64,000 nucleotides of DNA, taken from positions 124,001-188,000 of the forward strand of contig JABLTG010000012.1 in assembly GCA_016618085.1 (NCBI GenBank), given 5' to 3'. Position 1 is the stretch's first letter. Each line of letters starts with the position of its first letter. Origin of the DNA: Neovahlkampfia damariscottae. Taxonomy: Eukaryota. A model generated the notes under the pieces. The model ran no database searches. It saw nothing but the letters and a program-made list of their open reading frames with translations, and had not been told where the DNA came from. Below are positions 63,301 to 64,000 of this stretch, piece by piece. The position numbers and the translations under genes were made by a program.

Positions 63301-64000
63301 ATGAGTGACAGTAGATCTGATACATTGGGTGATATCATGGTTAATGTATTTTTTGCACCATGGAAGGCAGCTATATTCTGTTGCCGCAACATGGAAGGAT
63401 TCTTGACGGCAACTTTTTTTTTTATTTTCATAAGTTGGGTTTACTCTTTTCTTTCTTCAGAAATGACTTTAAGAACTCCACCAAACTTATTTTCAGACAG
63501 ATTATCACCAATAAATAGAAAATCAATTCAAGTTGACCTTCAATACTTTCAAACTGAAATTGGAGAATTACAACCAAAAATGATGTACATTATGCAAGTA
63601 CTAAAAAAATTGAAAATACAAAAAGATTCAAAAATAATAGACCTTGGATGTGGGAGTGGATTTATCACTGAATTCATCTCTAAACAAGGATTCAAACATG
63701 TGACAGGATTAGATATTTCAGAAGAAGCTATTGATCTTGCACAAGAGAAAGATAAAAAATCAAAATATATTCTTGCTTCGATCAATAATATACCATTAAA
63801 AGATGAGTCAATGGATGTGGTCATTATGACAGATGTCCTTCCTTTTTTATTGAATTTGAGAAGAACTTTCAAAGAAATTCGAAGAATTTTGAAACCAAAT
63901 GGACTTTTGATATTTGATTCAATTTCAAGAACAAGAAGTACTTATAATATGTTACGCTACAGCCATTCATATCCAAAAACATCTTTTGATTATCGATTGT
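63301..64000 (+). CDS. Class I SAM-dependent methyltransferase (partial, runs off the window)
   Basis: Open frame from ATG 63301. IIDLGCGSG, VTGLDIS and RILKPNG. Confidence 0.85.
   Translation, partial: MSDSRSDTLGDIMVNVFFAPWKAAIFCCRNMEGFLTATFFFIFISWVYSFLSSEMTLRTPPNLFSDRLSPINRKSIQVDLQYFQTEIGELQPKMMYIMQVLKKLKIQKDSKIIDLGCGSGFITEFISKQGFKHVTGLDISEEAIDLAQEKDKKSKYILASINNIPLKDESMDVVIMTDVLPFLLNLRRTFKEIRRILKPNGLLIFDSISRTRSTYNMLRYSHSYPKTSFDYRL

Noticed and set aside
268..63872. Many 60-100 aa antisense ORFs in the ORF track
   Set aside because: They are shadows on the opposite strand of well-supported genes.

Overview
AT-rich, extremely gene-dense eukaryotic (protist) nuclear DNA in the standard genetic code. 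It has very short GT-AG introns (about 28-45 nt), tiny intergenic spacers and a CCAAT box just upstream of most start codons. DUF4116 and multi-TM RGS proteins suggest a Naegleria-like heterolobosean amoeba (inference). About 35 host genes are recognisable, including EPG5, ADCK1, an ADP1-like ABCG, EMC8, SHMT, UFL1, PEX16, a front-end desaturase, PepF, NUDT17 and a sirtuin. The main discovery is a 4257-bp element at 49474-53730 with ~400-bp terminal inverted repeats, AG(T/A)AGTAG termini and an exact 6-bp target-site duplication (GTTTAT), i.e. Polinton/Maverick/endogenous-virophage type ends. It carries intronless virus-like ORFs: a disrupted, shortened gene resembling a virophage major capsid protein, GIY-YIG and HNH-like nucleases, and CxCG zinc fingers. 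Three of its genes share an exact 22-bp upstream motif, and it has no polymerase or integrase. Other notable items: a probable 1-nucleotide exon in ADCK1, a G-alpha/protein-kinase fusion, a PP6-like pseudophosphatase, a sirtuin/ZnF-UBP fusion, an EGF-CotH protein and an intron-containing bacterial-type PepF. All family assignments come from manual motif recognition; no searches were run. Multi-exon genes are given as spans.
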